Source of the DNA: a virus
Length of the DNA: 64,000 bases
Reading direction: 5' to 3' (one strand)
Virus record (IMG/VR): IMGVR_UViG_3300033047_000016
Position numbers and translations under genes: made by a program. The notes beneath the pieces were generated by a model, which saw nothing but the letters and a program-made list of their open reading frames with translations, was not told where the DNA came from and searched no databases. How positions within the stretch are numbered: the stretch's first letter is position 1; each line of letters opens with the position of its first letter. This document shows positions 9,501-18,594 of the stretch, piece after piece.

Positions 9501-12079
9501 GACTTTCCAAGAGTATCCAAATCTCCAAACATTCTGGCAAGTTCTATACTGCTGGACGCTCGCGCGGCAGCTAGACCCATATTATCGAATGATACTCCTG
9601 CACGTCGAACAGCCGCATCAATCTCGTCAGCCATTTTGCTGGATTTATCTCCGATATCACCAAATAGTGTTGGGATAAGAAGAAGGGCCGTTATTGCGAT
9701 ACCTATAGGTCCAGCAAGAAGTCCCATAGCACGGGAAACTCCGGTCATGGCTAACGACAATCTACCTGCCGCTGCCCCTGTCGCCGCCATAGCTCCAGCA
9801 TGCTTAGCCATAGCAATCGGCGCTACACCGAACACTCCATTAGAACGAAGTTGTGAAGCAATCTGTAAGTCTGTGGCAATGGTTAGTTTGGCGGTGGACT
9901 TCGTAAGAATAGTCTCTGCAACTACCACTTCACCCATCGCAATTGTCTGCGCTGTTGCTGCCGCCGTAGTTCCGGTCATGCCGCCAACAAGAACACTGAA
10001 TCCGAGCGCGGCACGCGCACCACTGGTAACTATTGCGTTACCCATCAATAGTATTTGGCGAACAACAATGCCTCCAACCACAGCTTTAACAACGTTTCCA
10101 ATTTGTTCAATATTTTTAACAAACGATACGGCAAAACTAAAGGCTATGCTGGCCAAGTCAGATAATCCTGCACCTAGCTGCTGCATTGAGCGTTTAGCGT
10201 CCGGGCTACGAAGTGCCGTCGTAAGCTCATTCAATCCCTCAGCAACCTGTTCCATAAATCCAGATTGCGACACGGCTTGCAATGACAATTCTATCTCAGA
10301 ACGGAACCGACCAAGAGCCGCTGGAGCTTTTTTAAGTGCTTGCTCTAGTCCCGGTCCAAATGCCTTACGCACTTCGACGGCAAACTTCGGAAGCACTTCA
10401 GACGAAATAAGCGTACCAGCCTTAAGCATTTTTTGAAGTTCTTGGGTCGTTACACCGACCGCACGTGCCATCAGGTTAACGGCACCCGGAAGTCTTTCAC
10501 CAAGCTGTCTACGAAGTTCTTCAGAACTGATCGTGTTCTTGCTAAGCATTTGTTCCAAAGCGAGAAAAGACAGTTTCTGGTCTTCAGCGCCACGGCCCAT
10601 AACGGTAAGTGCTTCAGACACTGACGAGAAAATATCTTGAGCCACAGAAGCTTCAACTCCTGCCAGCGATGCAGACACAGCAAACTTGCTGAAGTCGTCC
10701 CGTGCGCCACGAAGGCTGATACCCAAATTCTGAGCCATGCCGTCCACAAAGTCCATCTGCTGTACGGCACCTCTCATGGAACCGGTAGCAACACCCATTG
10801 CAACTTCAAATTGTTGCAGGCCCGCTCCGGCGGCGAATACAGATTTAATGAACGTCCCGAAAGTCATTGTCCCGAGAAGTGTTCTGAATGCTGATCCGGC
10901 TTGGAACGTCGCGCTAAACGCATTCTCAAGTCCGCGCATGGACCCGGTAGCATTTCGCATGGACTTGGACGCAGCATTTGCTGCACCGGCAATAGAACGC
11001 ATTTCACGTTCCACAAGACGCGCATTATTGGCGGCGTCCCTCTCGCCCAAGGCCAAAGTCTTAGCCGAGCGCGCCGCTTTCATCTGTGCCCCGTCGGCTT
11101 GGATTAGGCTGGTCTTCGCACGACTCGCTGCTTCAGCGAATTGCGACATGGCTTGACGTAATTGGAGTGTAGTAGCAACACCACCAGCCGCACTCGCCCG
11201 CAATTGGATTAGTGCTTGAGTAACTGCCATCACTCCGCGCGTATCACCGATGGCGCGCAGACGATTGGTCAGGCGTGCCGTTTCTTGCTCCGCCTGTCTA
11301 ATAGCTTGTGACGCAGATAGTTGGACACTTGCTTGCTTTTGTGTTGTTGCTGTTTGGGCTTTTGTAGCCGCTGCTGCTGCCTTTGCCGACGATGTTATCG
11401 CCCGGTTAGCTGCATCTTTCTGGCGCGTAGCCGCTGCCGACTCTCTCTCCGCTCTAGCGTTGTCACTAGCCTTTGCCGTTAGCGTTACCAAAGAAGTCTG
11501 AACACCTTTAATGGTGCTATTCAGTTTGGTCTTGGCATTATCGAATTGTTGTGTAGTTACTACCGCGCCGCCAATCTCTTTCTTGAACCGACCGAAAGCC
11601 ATCCCCAATTCGTTGATTGATTGGAACCCACTTACCTTCATCAGTGACGTTGTCAGACGTTCGACTGATAGACGTGTATCATCGACTGCACGCTTGATCC
11701 GGTTCTGGCTGGTGACCTGCTCGTCCCCGCCTCGTGCACGGCCTGCTACAGCCGGTGTAGCCCCTGCGGTGGGGGTCAGGGCACCACGGGCTTGCTTAGC
11801 CAACGAGACCTGCCGTGCAAGCGCCGCGTTGGCCTTTCCAATAGATGTTGCGAACTTGTTGTTGGCTGCGCGTGCTGTATTATACGCCTCTGCCAACCCC
11901 CGCACACCGATACCAAGCTTTTTGGAGTTATCGCGTATGCGTGTGAATGCCCCATCGCTGTCCCGATCAAGTGACTTTACCGCATTCTTTATTGCGTTAA
12001 GCGCACCAATGAACTCACGGCTACCTGCACGTGCAGCAGCCGCGTTGATTTTCAACCGTAGTTCATGTGTTTCAGCCAT
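6515..12079 (-). CDS. tape measure protein
   Basis: 1854 aa, Ala-rich; tape-measure motif ALEQMLSKNTISSEELRRQLGERLPG; C-terminal PAILHNNEAVVP and STPDADSFRRSQ. Confidence 0.95.
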   Translation of the reverse strand: MAETHELRLKINAAAARAGSREFIGALNAIKNAVKSLDRDSDGAFTRIRDNSKKLGIGVRGLAEAYNTARAANNKFATSIGKANAALARQVSLAKQARGALTPTAGATPAVAGRARGGDEQVTSQNRIKRAVDDTRLSVERLTTSLMKVSGFQSINELGMAFGRFKKEIGGAVVTTQQFDNAKTKLNSTIKGVQTSLVTLTAKASDNARAERESAAATRQKDAANRAITSSAKAAAAATKAQTATTQKQASVQLSASQAIRQAEQETARLTNRLRAIGDTRGVMAVTQALIQLRASAAGGVATTLQLRQAMSQFAEAASRAKTSLIQADGAQMKAARSAKTLALGERDAANNARLVEREMRSIAGAANAASKSMRNATGSMRGLENAFSATFQAGSAFRTLLGTMTFGTFIKSVFAAGAGLQQFEVAMGVATGSMRGAVQQMDFVDGMAQNLGISLRGARDDFSKFAVSASLAGVEASVAQDIFSSVSEALTVMGRGAEDQKLSFLALEQMLSKNTISSEELRRQLGERLPGAVNLMARAVGVTTQELQKMLKAGTLISSEVLPKFAVEVRKAFGPGLEQALKKAPAALGRFRSEIELSLQAVSQSGFMEQVAEGLNELTTALRSPDAKRSMQQLGAGLSDLASIAFSFAVSFVKNIEQIGNVVKAVVGGIVVRQILLMGNAIVTSGARAALGFSVLVGGMTGTTAAATAQTIAMGEVVVAETILTKSTAKLTIATDLQIASQLRSNGVFGVAPIAMAKHAGAMAATGAAAGRLSLAMTGVSRAMGLLAGPIGIAITALLLIPTLFGDIGDKSSKMADEIDAAVRRAGVSFDNMGLAAARASSSIELARMFGDLDTLGKSLETFTRDSSTEIAALGDALTILSGKSAVEVISGTTMKTAMSRIAGLKAVFGDATITMDQFSNNTRSVIIRMVEMSQEALKTGGGFLKLRDDISKAMTTNPTAAGALANLAGLTEELALAELATVATREKLVELYGTSDDRLVKTFADMARGVVSSGRGLEDLEKELGRLTRESESAAPALRKVFEEVQAAFDSGTSTASFRARVLDIFDDSIVKLEELRAATIAADEAAGQSGVGFATQVKETLSGLGDINGIVSAISGTSISDSLVPSLKVLNAEFSKFEDFGVGVDRLKSAIKSLDFPSEEAQEFAAAMIEQFEALPEGQQSYSNLSAILGELGTEFPTSEITQFDSELRAAIRTGQVASLSAADYINTLEKMRDASKNAVAEELIQNLIDAAREFENDETAARAAAAAQAAFAASAINAGNAAAQGANGVLTMAQAFATLASTSFSISATLGSAIAESKERLRIEGLSGSTRAVAEYFATYGEGGKLVAKTNAQITDLESKLSTTTGPGRVELNSQLDALKGKLGSFQTEQAALIAARDKLKESNKGGGGGGGKQNVDAIKKLTEALGESITALDTENAALAMLSSGMTSSATAAGLLAEAQMNGANLTDEQTMAFIQQIEAAELLNKKLKELANDPVNDFMNSVPSWREAGQQIEVGVFESLSDTISNFIKTGEFSFEALGESILGIVADIIADKAVKELATLLGGNTSGSGEGGFGLGGLLSDLVGGGESPGDVADPFAGPDGLQMQQAIATGGTQAAESMRAAIIQAGQQLRTSVTQGGAQAGTAMQTSVATGGTVAGATMQTSVITGGTVNGVTTTAAMTTAAATSAPILGGGVVAGAATGAAILGGGGGGGGGGGGGGGGIAGIVVSVIGALFGSGGGVTGGGGPSIPSVMAPAARFRQAPSFAAGTGNTSGGIPAILHNNEAVVPLTGGRRIPVDMGENGGRGSSKTLVQNFNISTPDADSFRRSQKQLASEAATTGQRALTDNG

Positions 12080-12081
12080 AG

Positions 12082-12492
12082 TTACCGCCTATTTAGGCCA
12101 CGCTTTTTTTGGGGCCTTTCAGCTTTTCTGCGTGTCTTTTCCATTTCCTTGGCCTGCTTATCATAGAAGTCTCGCAGATATTCGCGGTCAAGGGCCGGTA
12201 TGAATCGCAGTAGTTGATCTACATACACACGCTCACGTCTATTGGTCAGCGTCGTAAAATGACTCATCGCTTCTACTGTTATTGCTGATGGTCCATTAGC
12301 TCCAACTCCCCGCCTTTCTGACAGGAAGCAAAATGCGGACCATATCCATAACATATCGGGGAAAATTGTGGGGACGGGTTCCTGCGGTCGCGGAGGGGTT
12401 TTATTTGCCTTAGCTTTCGCTTCGCGCATTTCACGCATCTTGCGAAGCTTTGGGCTATCCTCTTTGGCCAGATTGGATACGAAATCATCCAT
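12082..12492 (-). CDS. tail assembly chaperone, C-terminal (gpT-like) part
   Basis: Directly precedes the tape measure gene; its frame is open back to the GGGAAAC slippery site. Confidence 0.8.
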   Translation of the reverse strand: MDDFVSNLAKEDSPKLRKMREMREAKAKANKTPPRPQEPVPTIFPDMLWIWSAFCFLSERRGVGANGPSAITVEAMSHFTTLTNRRERVYVDQLLRFIPALDREYLRDFYDKQAKEMEKTRRKAERPQKKRGLNRR

Positions 12493-12539
12493 ACTGGCTT
12501 TCTGCGGTGTCGCGTTACGAAGACTCCACCGCAGGAACC

Positions 12540-12986
12540 TTAAGAGTTTCCCTCTGCGTCCTTGTCTGCTTTTTCGCGGAAAGTGTCGCGCTCGTTCGCA
12601 GCTTGATATACAAATTCACGGAAGTCTTTGATATCCATCATTTGCAGGGCAGCTTGGACAGAGTAAGGAATCTCTTTACCGGTTTCGGTATCACGTACGC
12701 CGACCCAATCAATCATTACCGCTTCTGCAAGCTGACGCTTGAGGATATCCATTGACTGTTCGTCGTTCATTTCACCCGGCTTGCGGAGTAGTCCCTCGCC
12801 GTATGTCTCGCGGACAATACGCTCGAAAGCTTTGATCACTGTATCGGAACGCAGGCGACGAATTTTCACCTTCAATCCTAGCAGGTCATTTACCACAACC
12901 CACGCGCCCGCCTCTTCAAGGCTCTCGTCGGTTTGGAAAATTGCGTGAATGTTTGTTTTTAGTACTTTGTCGGTAGTTTTAGACAT
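12540..12986 (-). CDS. tail assembly chaperone (gpG-like)
   Basis: FQTDESLEEAGAWV...LAEAVMIDWVGV; lies between tail tube and tape measure. Confidence 0.85.
   Translation of the reverse strand: MSKTTDKVLKTNIHAIFQTDESLEEAGAWVVVNDLLGLKVKIRRLRSDTVIKAFERIVRETYGEGLLRKPGEMNDEQSMDILKRQLAEAVMIDWVGVRDTETGKEIPYSVQAALQMMDIKDFREFVYQAANERDTFREKADKDAEGNS
12546..12552 (-). promoter_or_regulatory. -1 programmed frameshift site G GGA AAC
   Basis: XXXYYYZ heptamer ending one codon before the stop. The -1 frame (K-L-L-R-F-L-R-W-S-L-R-N-A-T-P-Q-K-A-S-M-D-D-F) is open into 12082..12492. Downstream hairpin CTGCGGTG/CACCGCAG. Confidence 0.85.
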
Positions 12987-13089
12987 TTTAGCCTCATCGG
13001 GAAAATAGGTGGGAACGGATTGGCCCCGACAACCAAGCGCCGTCCCCTTGCCATGGCAATCTCGGAAATCCAAGATGTCGGGTATTTAT

Positions 13090-13111
13090 AAGGGCCGCGT
13101 TAGCGGCCCTT
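13090..13111 (-). terminator. hairpin terminator after the tail tube gene
   Basis: AAGGGCCGC-TAAC-GCGGCCCTT hairpin. Confidence 0.6.
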
Positions 13112-13122
13112 ACGTGTTTCTA

Positions 13123-14910
13123 TTAAACCGCAGCGTTCGGAGAGAAGCGGTCAATCTGGAACATTGTGTCCGTGGTAGGATCGCGGAACGCTGTGAATTC
13201 GATGTTCTCGAATACGTCCTGATCAATGCCACCCGGAGCAATCTCATCTTGAGAAATCTTCAGGGCAGGGATCGTGAAGAAGTACGCCTGACCTTCGGAG
13301 TCTGTGATGGAGAATTCCAGCGAAATAGTGTCGTGGTTGATAAAGTCTGTGAACAGTTCTTCATCTTCGAAATACACAGTCATGGAGCCTGTCAGGTTGA
13401 ACCGTCCAGTACCAATGCCGCGTGGGAACTTCGAGCCAACACAGTTCTGCATGCGCAGTCCAGCTTCGCCCGTAAGGGAGATAGACTGGATACATGCGAG
13501 AAGCGGGGAGCCGTCCTTGACAATATCGCCCACATCGGTTGTGGCGTTAACCACTTCACCCGGCTGCGAGTCCAATACGTCGTAAGCAACTCCACCAAGA
13601 ACAGTAGCTTGCACCAGTGATGTAGCGCGTCCTTCGAAGCCTACGGTACCAGTGACGATTGATCCGGTGGCAATCTCCAAAGAGAATGTTCCTGCAACCA
13701 TACCATCTTGTTCCATGTACTGTCCAACGTCTTGGAAGGCAGTTTCAATGGAGAAGAAGCGCTGTTGAATAGCAGTTTCATCACCTGAGTTCTTAAGATG
13801 GGAACCCTTGATATTGGTCACCGCACCTGCTGCAACAACCGGAGGTACTGGGTTGACGGTCAGAAGATCGTCTGCCAGTGCCGTGATCGTATAGATACCA
13901 GATGCACCTGCGACGCCGCCTGTAAAGGTAACCAGTGCAAGGTTGGCGTCAACGGTGTCAACAGTTATCGCACCACCAGTAGCATTCAGGTTGGTGATCG
14001 TGATAATGTCGGTTGCGGTAATGTGTGTTGCCTTGAGGTTTAGCGGGCTTAGCGTGCGCGAGCGCAGTGCATTGATCGCCGCAGTCAAAGCTGCAAGGTC
14101 CGTGTCTGCATCAACACCGATTGTATAGTCTGTGCCTGCCGTCAACTGGGCAGTATTCACGCCGTCGTCAAAGGTTAGCACGGACGTTGTCAGTGCGGCT
14201 GGATCAGTACCGGTCAAGGTTGCTGTTTCTAGCCCAAGGCCGTCTACATAAATCTTCTGGCCAAGTTGTAGTTGTCCGGCAGTAATTGCCGCAGCAAACG
14301 GGTTAGTCGCGTTGCCATCAATACCAGTTGCACCAAGAGAAATGTTGACGTCGTTGAAAACAATAACGTCGTTGGCATCAAACAGGCGAGACTGAATATT
14401 TCCAGCTTCAATGACAAGTGTGGACTCGTTCAGATTTACTTGCGTATCGGAACCATTCAACACAACCGACAAAATGGAAAAGTATCCGTTGTTTTCGGCG
14501 TTGGCAAATCCGGTAACCTTAACACGGCGACCTGCGATCAGATACTTGGTAATATCGGAGCCGGACACAGTGATTTGGCTGGTAGAAGTTACGGATACCG
14601 TAACGCCCTTCCAGTAATCCATGGTCATTGGACGTTCCCACTGCGAAAGCAGGAATGCGGCTAGGAATTCATCTTGTGGCCCCGAGGACCATTCGAAGTT
14701 AATGTCTCCACCCGAAGAGGCCGAAACCTCAACGATATCGGACACCATGCGATCAGCACGGAGTTCATCAGAAACAACGGTTTCCTTGTTCGCGGTCAGC
14801 GAAGAAGAAGTTAGGCGCACTTCGCGAGTCGTTCCAGAGGCAGGCGTAACTCCAAAGGAGCTTTCCTCAATGTAACGAATCTGTGCGCGGTTTGCGTCAG
14901 CAAAAGGCAA
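13123..14910 (-). CDS. major tail tube protein with an inserted domain
   Basis: ANRAQIRYIEESSFGVTP...VVSDELRADRMV..GGDINFE; C-terminal GRFNLTGSMTVYFED. Confidence 0.88.
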   Translation of the reverse strand: MPFADANRAQIRYIEESSFGVTPASGTTREVRLTSSSLTANKETVVSDELRADRMVSDIVEVSASSGGDINFEWSSGPQDEFLAAFLLSQWERPMTMDYWKGVTVSVTSTSQITVSGSDITKYLIAGRRVKVTGFANAENNGYFSILSVVLNGSDTQVNLNESTLVIEAGNIQSRLFDANDVIVFNDVNISLGATGIDGNATNPFAAAITAGQLQLGQKIYVDGLGLETATLTGTDPAALTTSVLTFDDGVNTAQLTAGTDYTIGVDADTDLAALTAAINALRSRTLSPLNLKATHITATDIITITNLNATGGAITVDTVDANLALVTFTGGVAGASGIYTITALADDLLTVNPVPPVVAAGAVTNIKGSHLKNSGDETAIQQRFFSIETAFQDVGQYMEQDGMVAGTFSLEIATGSIVTGTVGFEGRATSLVQATVLGGVAYDVLDSQPGEVVNATTDVGDIVKDGSPLLACIQSISLTGEAGLRMQNCVGSKFPRGIGTGRFNLTGSMTVYFEDEELFTDFINHDTISLEFSITDSEGQAYFFTIPALKISQDEIAPGGIDQDVFENIEFTAFRDPTTDTMFQIDRFSPNAAV

Positions 14911-15078
14911 AGGACGGTCTCCTTAACTACAGAGGGTGGCACCGCCGCCCTGTTTTATCTCATGAGAGGGCGCACTAACGTGGCCCATGTACTGTGCACC
15001 CTAGCTAATTCTTGCCGAAATGTCAAGGTGTCGGCAAAAACGGGTCAGGGTATTATAGAATCATTCTTGTGTCAATAC

Positions 15079-15504
15079 TCAAAGCAAAGAATCTTTAAAA
15101 TCGTATCTGTACGGACACCGCATTTGTTCTTTGTGCCTGCCTCGAACCTCACCTCGATCCTGAACAGATGGGTCTTTGAAGGTCACTGTTCCTTCGACGC
15201 CTACGGCGAGCACTTGCCGCTTGAAAATACGGCTTGCAAAATACGCGATTGCTTGCCCCTCGCCAGCGCCAGTGTCCTTTGGTGTATACACATCAACCTG
15301 AATTAAGCCCGGATTTCTTGATTTGGATTCAATTCCAAGATTAATTGGCAATACGTCTTCCGACGCCAATATACTGATCACAGCGTACTCAGCCACATCT
15401 TCGGGCACAGGCGAGTTGGAGAAATATATATTCATTGTCGGGTATTCAGCATTCATGAATGTCTGAAACCGCGATTCGACGAAACTGAAAAAATTAGGTG
15501 TCAT
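15079..15504 (-). CDS. tail terminator-like protein
   Basis: GLIQVDVYTPKDTGAG motif; position before the tail tube gene. Confidence 0.75.
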   Translation of the reverse strand: MTPNFFSFVESRFQTFMNAEYPTMNIYFSNSPVPEDVAEYAVISILASEDVLPINLGIESKSRNPGLIQVDVYTPKDTGAGEGQAIAYFASRIFKRQVLAVGVEGTVTFKDPSVQDRGEVRGRHKEQMRCPYRYDFKDSLL

Positions 15505-15980
15505 ATGGTATTGCTCTCCAAGAGCGTTATTAATTCCTGCAACGTGACGCCAAACATTCCTTGTGGCGAGCGCGGCGTGAAGGGTTCTTCTGGAAGCTCT
15601 CCGGCTTCAAGTCCCCCAATATGTGGCGCGTTATTCACAATCCAAAATGTGGTGAAAGGGTCTGCGTAGCTTACCGATCCAAGCGTAGCCATTGCTCTCG
15701 CCTCTGCGCCGCCGCGCAATCTCTCTGCCCCAAGTGCCAATTTATTTGTGGCTTCTATGGGATTCTTTCCTGTGGCGGCTCCACCTGAGAATGGTTTTCC
15801 TGCGGAAGCCACGTAACTCATTACAGCCTGTCCGGTATGCACTGGTGTGCGTCGTATCAAGCGAACCATTGCTGCGTTCATCAACATTTTCATTCTAGCG
15901 CGGAACTTCTTTTCAAACCGACGCTGGAATTGATCGAGACCGTTGTTGAATGTAACCGGATTCGACACAACTGAAAACAT
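15501..15980 (-). CDS. tail completion (HK97 gp10-like) protein
   Basis: RRTPVHTG..NNAPHI..LEAG..SPQGMF motifs. Confidence 0.75.
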   Translation of the reverse strand: MFSVVSNPVTFNNGLDQFQRRFEKKFRARMKMLMNAAMVRLIRRTPVHTGQAVMSYVASAGKPFSGGAATGKNPIEATNKLALGAERLRGGAEARAMATLGSVSYADPFTTFWIVNNAPHIGGLEAGELPEEPFTPRSPQGMFGVTLQELITLLESNTI

Positions 15981-15982
15981 AA

Positions 15983-16360
15983 TTACTCCGTCTTACGCAC
16001 GTGAAGTATGTGTAGGCTACCGCCCGGTACTCCAAGCAAGCGCTTCACAATGTAATTATCGCCGCCCGCAGTTCTAATCGCGTCGTCAATTTTAGGTTCC
16101 ACTGGAAGATCAAGCGCCGCAATCAACGCTTTCATATCTGTTGTGACTACAACTGAATCATCCATTTCCTCTACTGTGAACCGTGCAAACGTCATAGGCA
16201 CGTCAGCGTGGTCAGTGCCGTTTGTGGTGTAGGTCCGCGTAGCGGTATTATACGTGCTGCTGGTATTGTCAACGAATGTTTGATTTGGTGCGAGACCGTC
16301 TACCTGTCCAAGAATTTTCATGACGTTCTGGACTTGCTCTTCAAGAAGGCTTTTAAACAT
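15983..16360 (-). CDS. head closure / head-tail joining protein
   Basis: Size and synteny; YNTATRT and DMKALI motifs. Confidence 0.65.
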   Translation of the reverse strand: MFKSLLEEQVQNVMKILGQVDGLAPNQTFVDNTSSTYNTATRTYTTNGTDHADVPMTFARFTVEEMDDSVVVTTDMKALIAALDLPVEPKIDDAIRTAGGDNYIVKRLLGVPGGSLHILHVRKTE

Positions 16361-16908
16361 TACCGTATCACCCTTCCAACCCGGATGCGCCCAGTCACAA
16401 CAATCCCGAGTCCAGTGATCAGAAATCCAATATTTACTGGCATAAGGTCTGATCCAGTCTTAGAATCTGAGCTACCGTCTTCGAAGAATTCAATCTCGAC
16501 AACATCGGCCTTTACGCGCTTAATGCCTTCTGGCAAGTTGCTACTTTGTCCGCCAGACGCGGCTGCTGCACTACCAATCAAGAATATAGAAATCTCAGCT
16601 ACGGCTTGCTTCAACTGGTCTGGTATATCATTCTCGCCAATAAGAATGCTGTCCCGATCATATACGCCACAACGAGGCCAGCGGAGTCCGCTGGTCTCGA
16701 CTGTCTTATATCCGTTCCATTGAACGTAATCATCAATGTATCCAGATGCCCATACCAAGTACGTGTCTTTCTCTGTCGGCGTTAGCGCCGTCCATAGTGC
16801 ATACGAGGTGGGATTGACGCAAAGAATATCGTCCGCTTCAAGAGCGGTTAGATACGAATTGGCCGTGGTGATGCCGGTGCCGTCTTCGACAATTAATGTT
16901 ACAGCCAT
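16360..16908 (-). CDS. head-tail adaptor (DnaT-like family)
   Basis: LIVEDGTGITTANSY..EAD...LRWPR..IPDQLKQA motif. Confidence 0.8.
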   Translation of the reverse strand: MAVTLIVEDGTGITTANSYLTALEADDILCVNPTSYALWTALTPTEKDTYLVWASGYIDDYVQWNGYKTVETSGLRWPRCGVYDRDSILIGENDIPDQLKQAVAEISIFLIGSAAAASGGQSSNLPEGIKRVKADVVEIEFFEDGSSDSKTGSDLMPVNIGFLITGLGIVVTGRIRVGRVIR

Positions 16909-16917
16909 TTGGACTCC

Positions 16918-17742
16918 TTAAGTGCGCATGAAGCTTGGCAAGTTTGTTTTAAAATCGTTGCCCTCATCCATAGCACAATTATCAGCATCAGACAAGTTCA
17001 TGCGGTTGAAAGCCATGACCCACTGTCGCGCCTGTCTGGACCGTACTACGTCTTCCTCGCCGAATTCTATGAGGCCAACACTTTCCATCCATGGCATCTT
17101 TGCCATCTGGACGACCTGTGCAAGGCCGCTGTTATGGATACGGGCCTGCCGTATGTCACCACACAGCACCATGTTCAATCCTTCACCCTGACGCGTCAGT
17201 GTGATATACAGATCATCTAAGTCTAGGTTCTCTGCCTCGTCAACGATGCAGGCTGCGTCTCTGAACGTACGCCCTTGTATGAATTCGTATGGAACTTCTT
17301 CTATGCACTTGGACCGGCGCAGGCGTTCAAAGTCAGTGGGGGACATCGCGTCTTTCATGCCTTCAAAGATTGGCACGAGCCACGGGGCTGTCTTTTCTTC
17401 CAGCGTCCCCGGAAGGTAGCCATTACGGTGTTTTGATTTTGCTACATTCGGTCTGGCGACGTACAGCTTGCTTATATCGCCACGGGCAAGCATGCCACCA
17501 TATACGCACGCTGGAACGTACGTCTTACCAACACCTGCTGGACCTACCGCAAATGTTAGCTCATTGCCTGTCAAGCTTTTTACATACAGTGCTTGGTTGG
17601 CATTGCGAGGTTCGAGTGGCTTAGGATTGCGCTTTGATTGTCGGCGCGTCTTCTCTGCCTTACGTTGCTGCCGCCGTGTGGCTTTTTCACTTACTCCGTC
17701 TTCGGGATTGATCTGGCCTGCTGACATATCGTCTTCAACCAT
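16918..17742 (-). CDS. phoH: PhoH-like ATPase
   Basis: PRNANQ, GPAGVGKT Walker A, GYLPGTLEEK, IQGRTF, VDEAEN, LTRQG, GDIRQ, VVRS. GGAG SD before 17742. Confidence 0.95.
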   Translation of the reverse strand: MVEDDMSAGQINPEDGVSEKATRRQQRKAEKTRRQSKRNPKPLEPRNANQALYVKSLTGNELTFAVGPAGVGKTYVPACVYGGMLARGDISKLYVARPNVAKSKHRNGYLPGTLEEKTAPWLVPIFEGMKDAMSPTDFERLRRSKCIEEVPYEFIQGRTFRDAACIVDEAENLDLDDLYITLTRQGEGLNMVLCGDIRQARIHNSGLAQVVQMAKMPWMESVGLIEFGEEDVVRSRQARQWVMAFNRMNLSDADNCAMDEGNDFKTNLPSFMRT

Positions 17743-17834
17743 AAGTAGTCTCCAAAAAAGCTCACCACAAGACACACCAGTACGGATCACAGCCGCGTGT
17801 GCTGTGTTATGTGAGCATGTTAATAATCAAAAGA

Positions 17835-18254
17835 TCAGGGAATTAGTACAGGAAGTACCGCGATAAACGATGCCCCAAATACATTTAGCAGCGCAATAAT
17901 TCCAGCAACGCCAGCGCCTAATAAAGCTAGATTGCGTAGAATTTTTATAGGCCCACTCCACGCGGACTCTCTCCGCACCATTTCGGTATTACGGTCTGAC
18001 ATCACGGTATCTACGTCAGCACGGACCCCGTGCAAATCTTCTCGAATTTTTTCAACGTCACCGCGTACAGCAACGACGTCACCTTTGCTGCTTTCTACTT
18101 TTGCAGAAAGTCCTGTGACATCTTCGCGCAGCCCATCTAACGAGCCGTGTATGCGCCCGTCTCGAAACTCCATACCTTTACGAAGATCGCGCATTTCACT
18201 TAATATGAACGCGATCCCCAATCCCCCATTAGAGGACTGATCTAATTCTGACAT
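17835..18254 (-). CDS. coiled-coil protein with C-terminal transmembrane helix (holin/antiholin-like?)
   Basis: Heptad repeats and a hydrophobic C-terminus. Confidence 0.5.
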   Translation of the reverse strand: MSELDQSSNGGLGIAFILSEMRDLRKGMEFRDGRIHGSLDGLREDVTGLSAKVESSKGDVVAVRGDVEKIREDLHGVRADVDTVMSDRNTEMVRRESAWSGPIKILRNLALLGAGVAGIIALLNVFGASFIAVLPVLIP

Positions 18255-18274
18255 TATCGTATTCTCCGGCGCGC

Positions 18275-18508
18275 TTACGCTATATCTGAGTTTTTATCAG
18301 CCTCACCGGTAAAGACAGTCTGGAGCACGTGCGCTTGGTCTTTAGGTTTCCGGCGATACTTTCGTTTGGTTTTCTTTGAAGCATCCTCAACAGGAATTAT
18401 GGTAGGAGCCGTTTGGGTCCAACCTTCTTGTAGAATTAACTTGTCCGCAAGATCGCGGCGAGGGATATCGAACGGTTCGCCAGCGGGCGAGTATACACGC
18501 GTTGACAT
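18275..18508 (-). CDS. small hypothetical protein
   Basis: GGAG SD; shares a motif with 24582..25187. Confidence 0.6.
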   Translation of the reverse strand: MSTRVYSPAGEPFDIPRRDLADKLILQEGWTQTAPTIIPVEDASKKTKRKYRRKPKDQAHVLQTVFTGEADKNSDIA

Positions 18509-18594
18509 ATGATTACTCCGTCTATATTTCAACTTGCGTTAAACATACCACAGTGTATTAGGAATGTCACGCATTTTGCCGTGCACGGTTTTGG

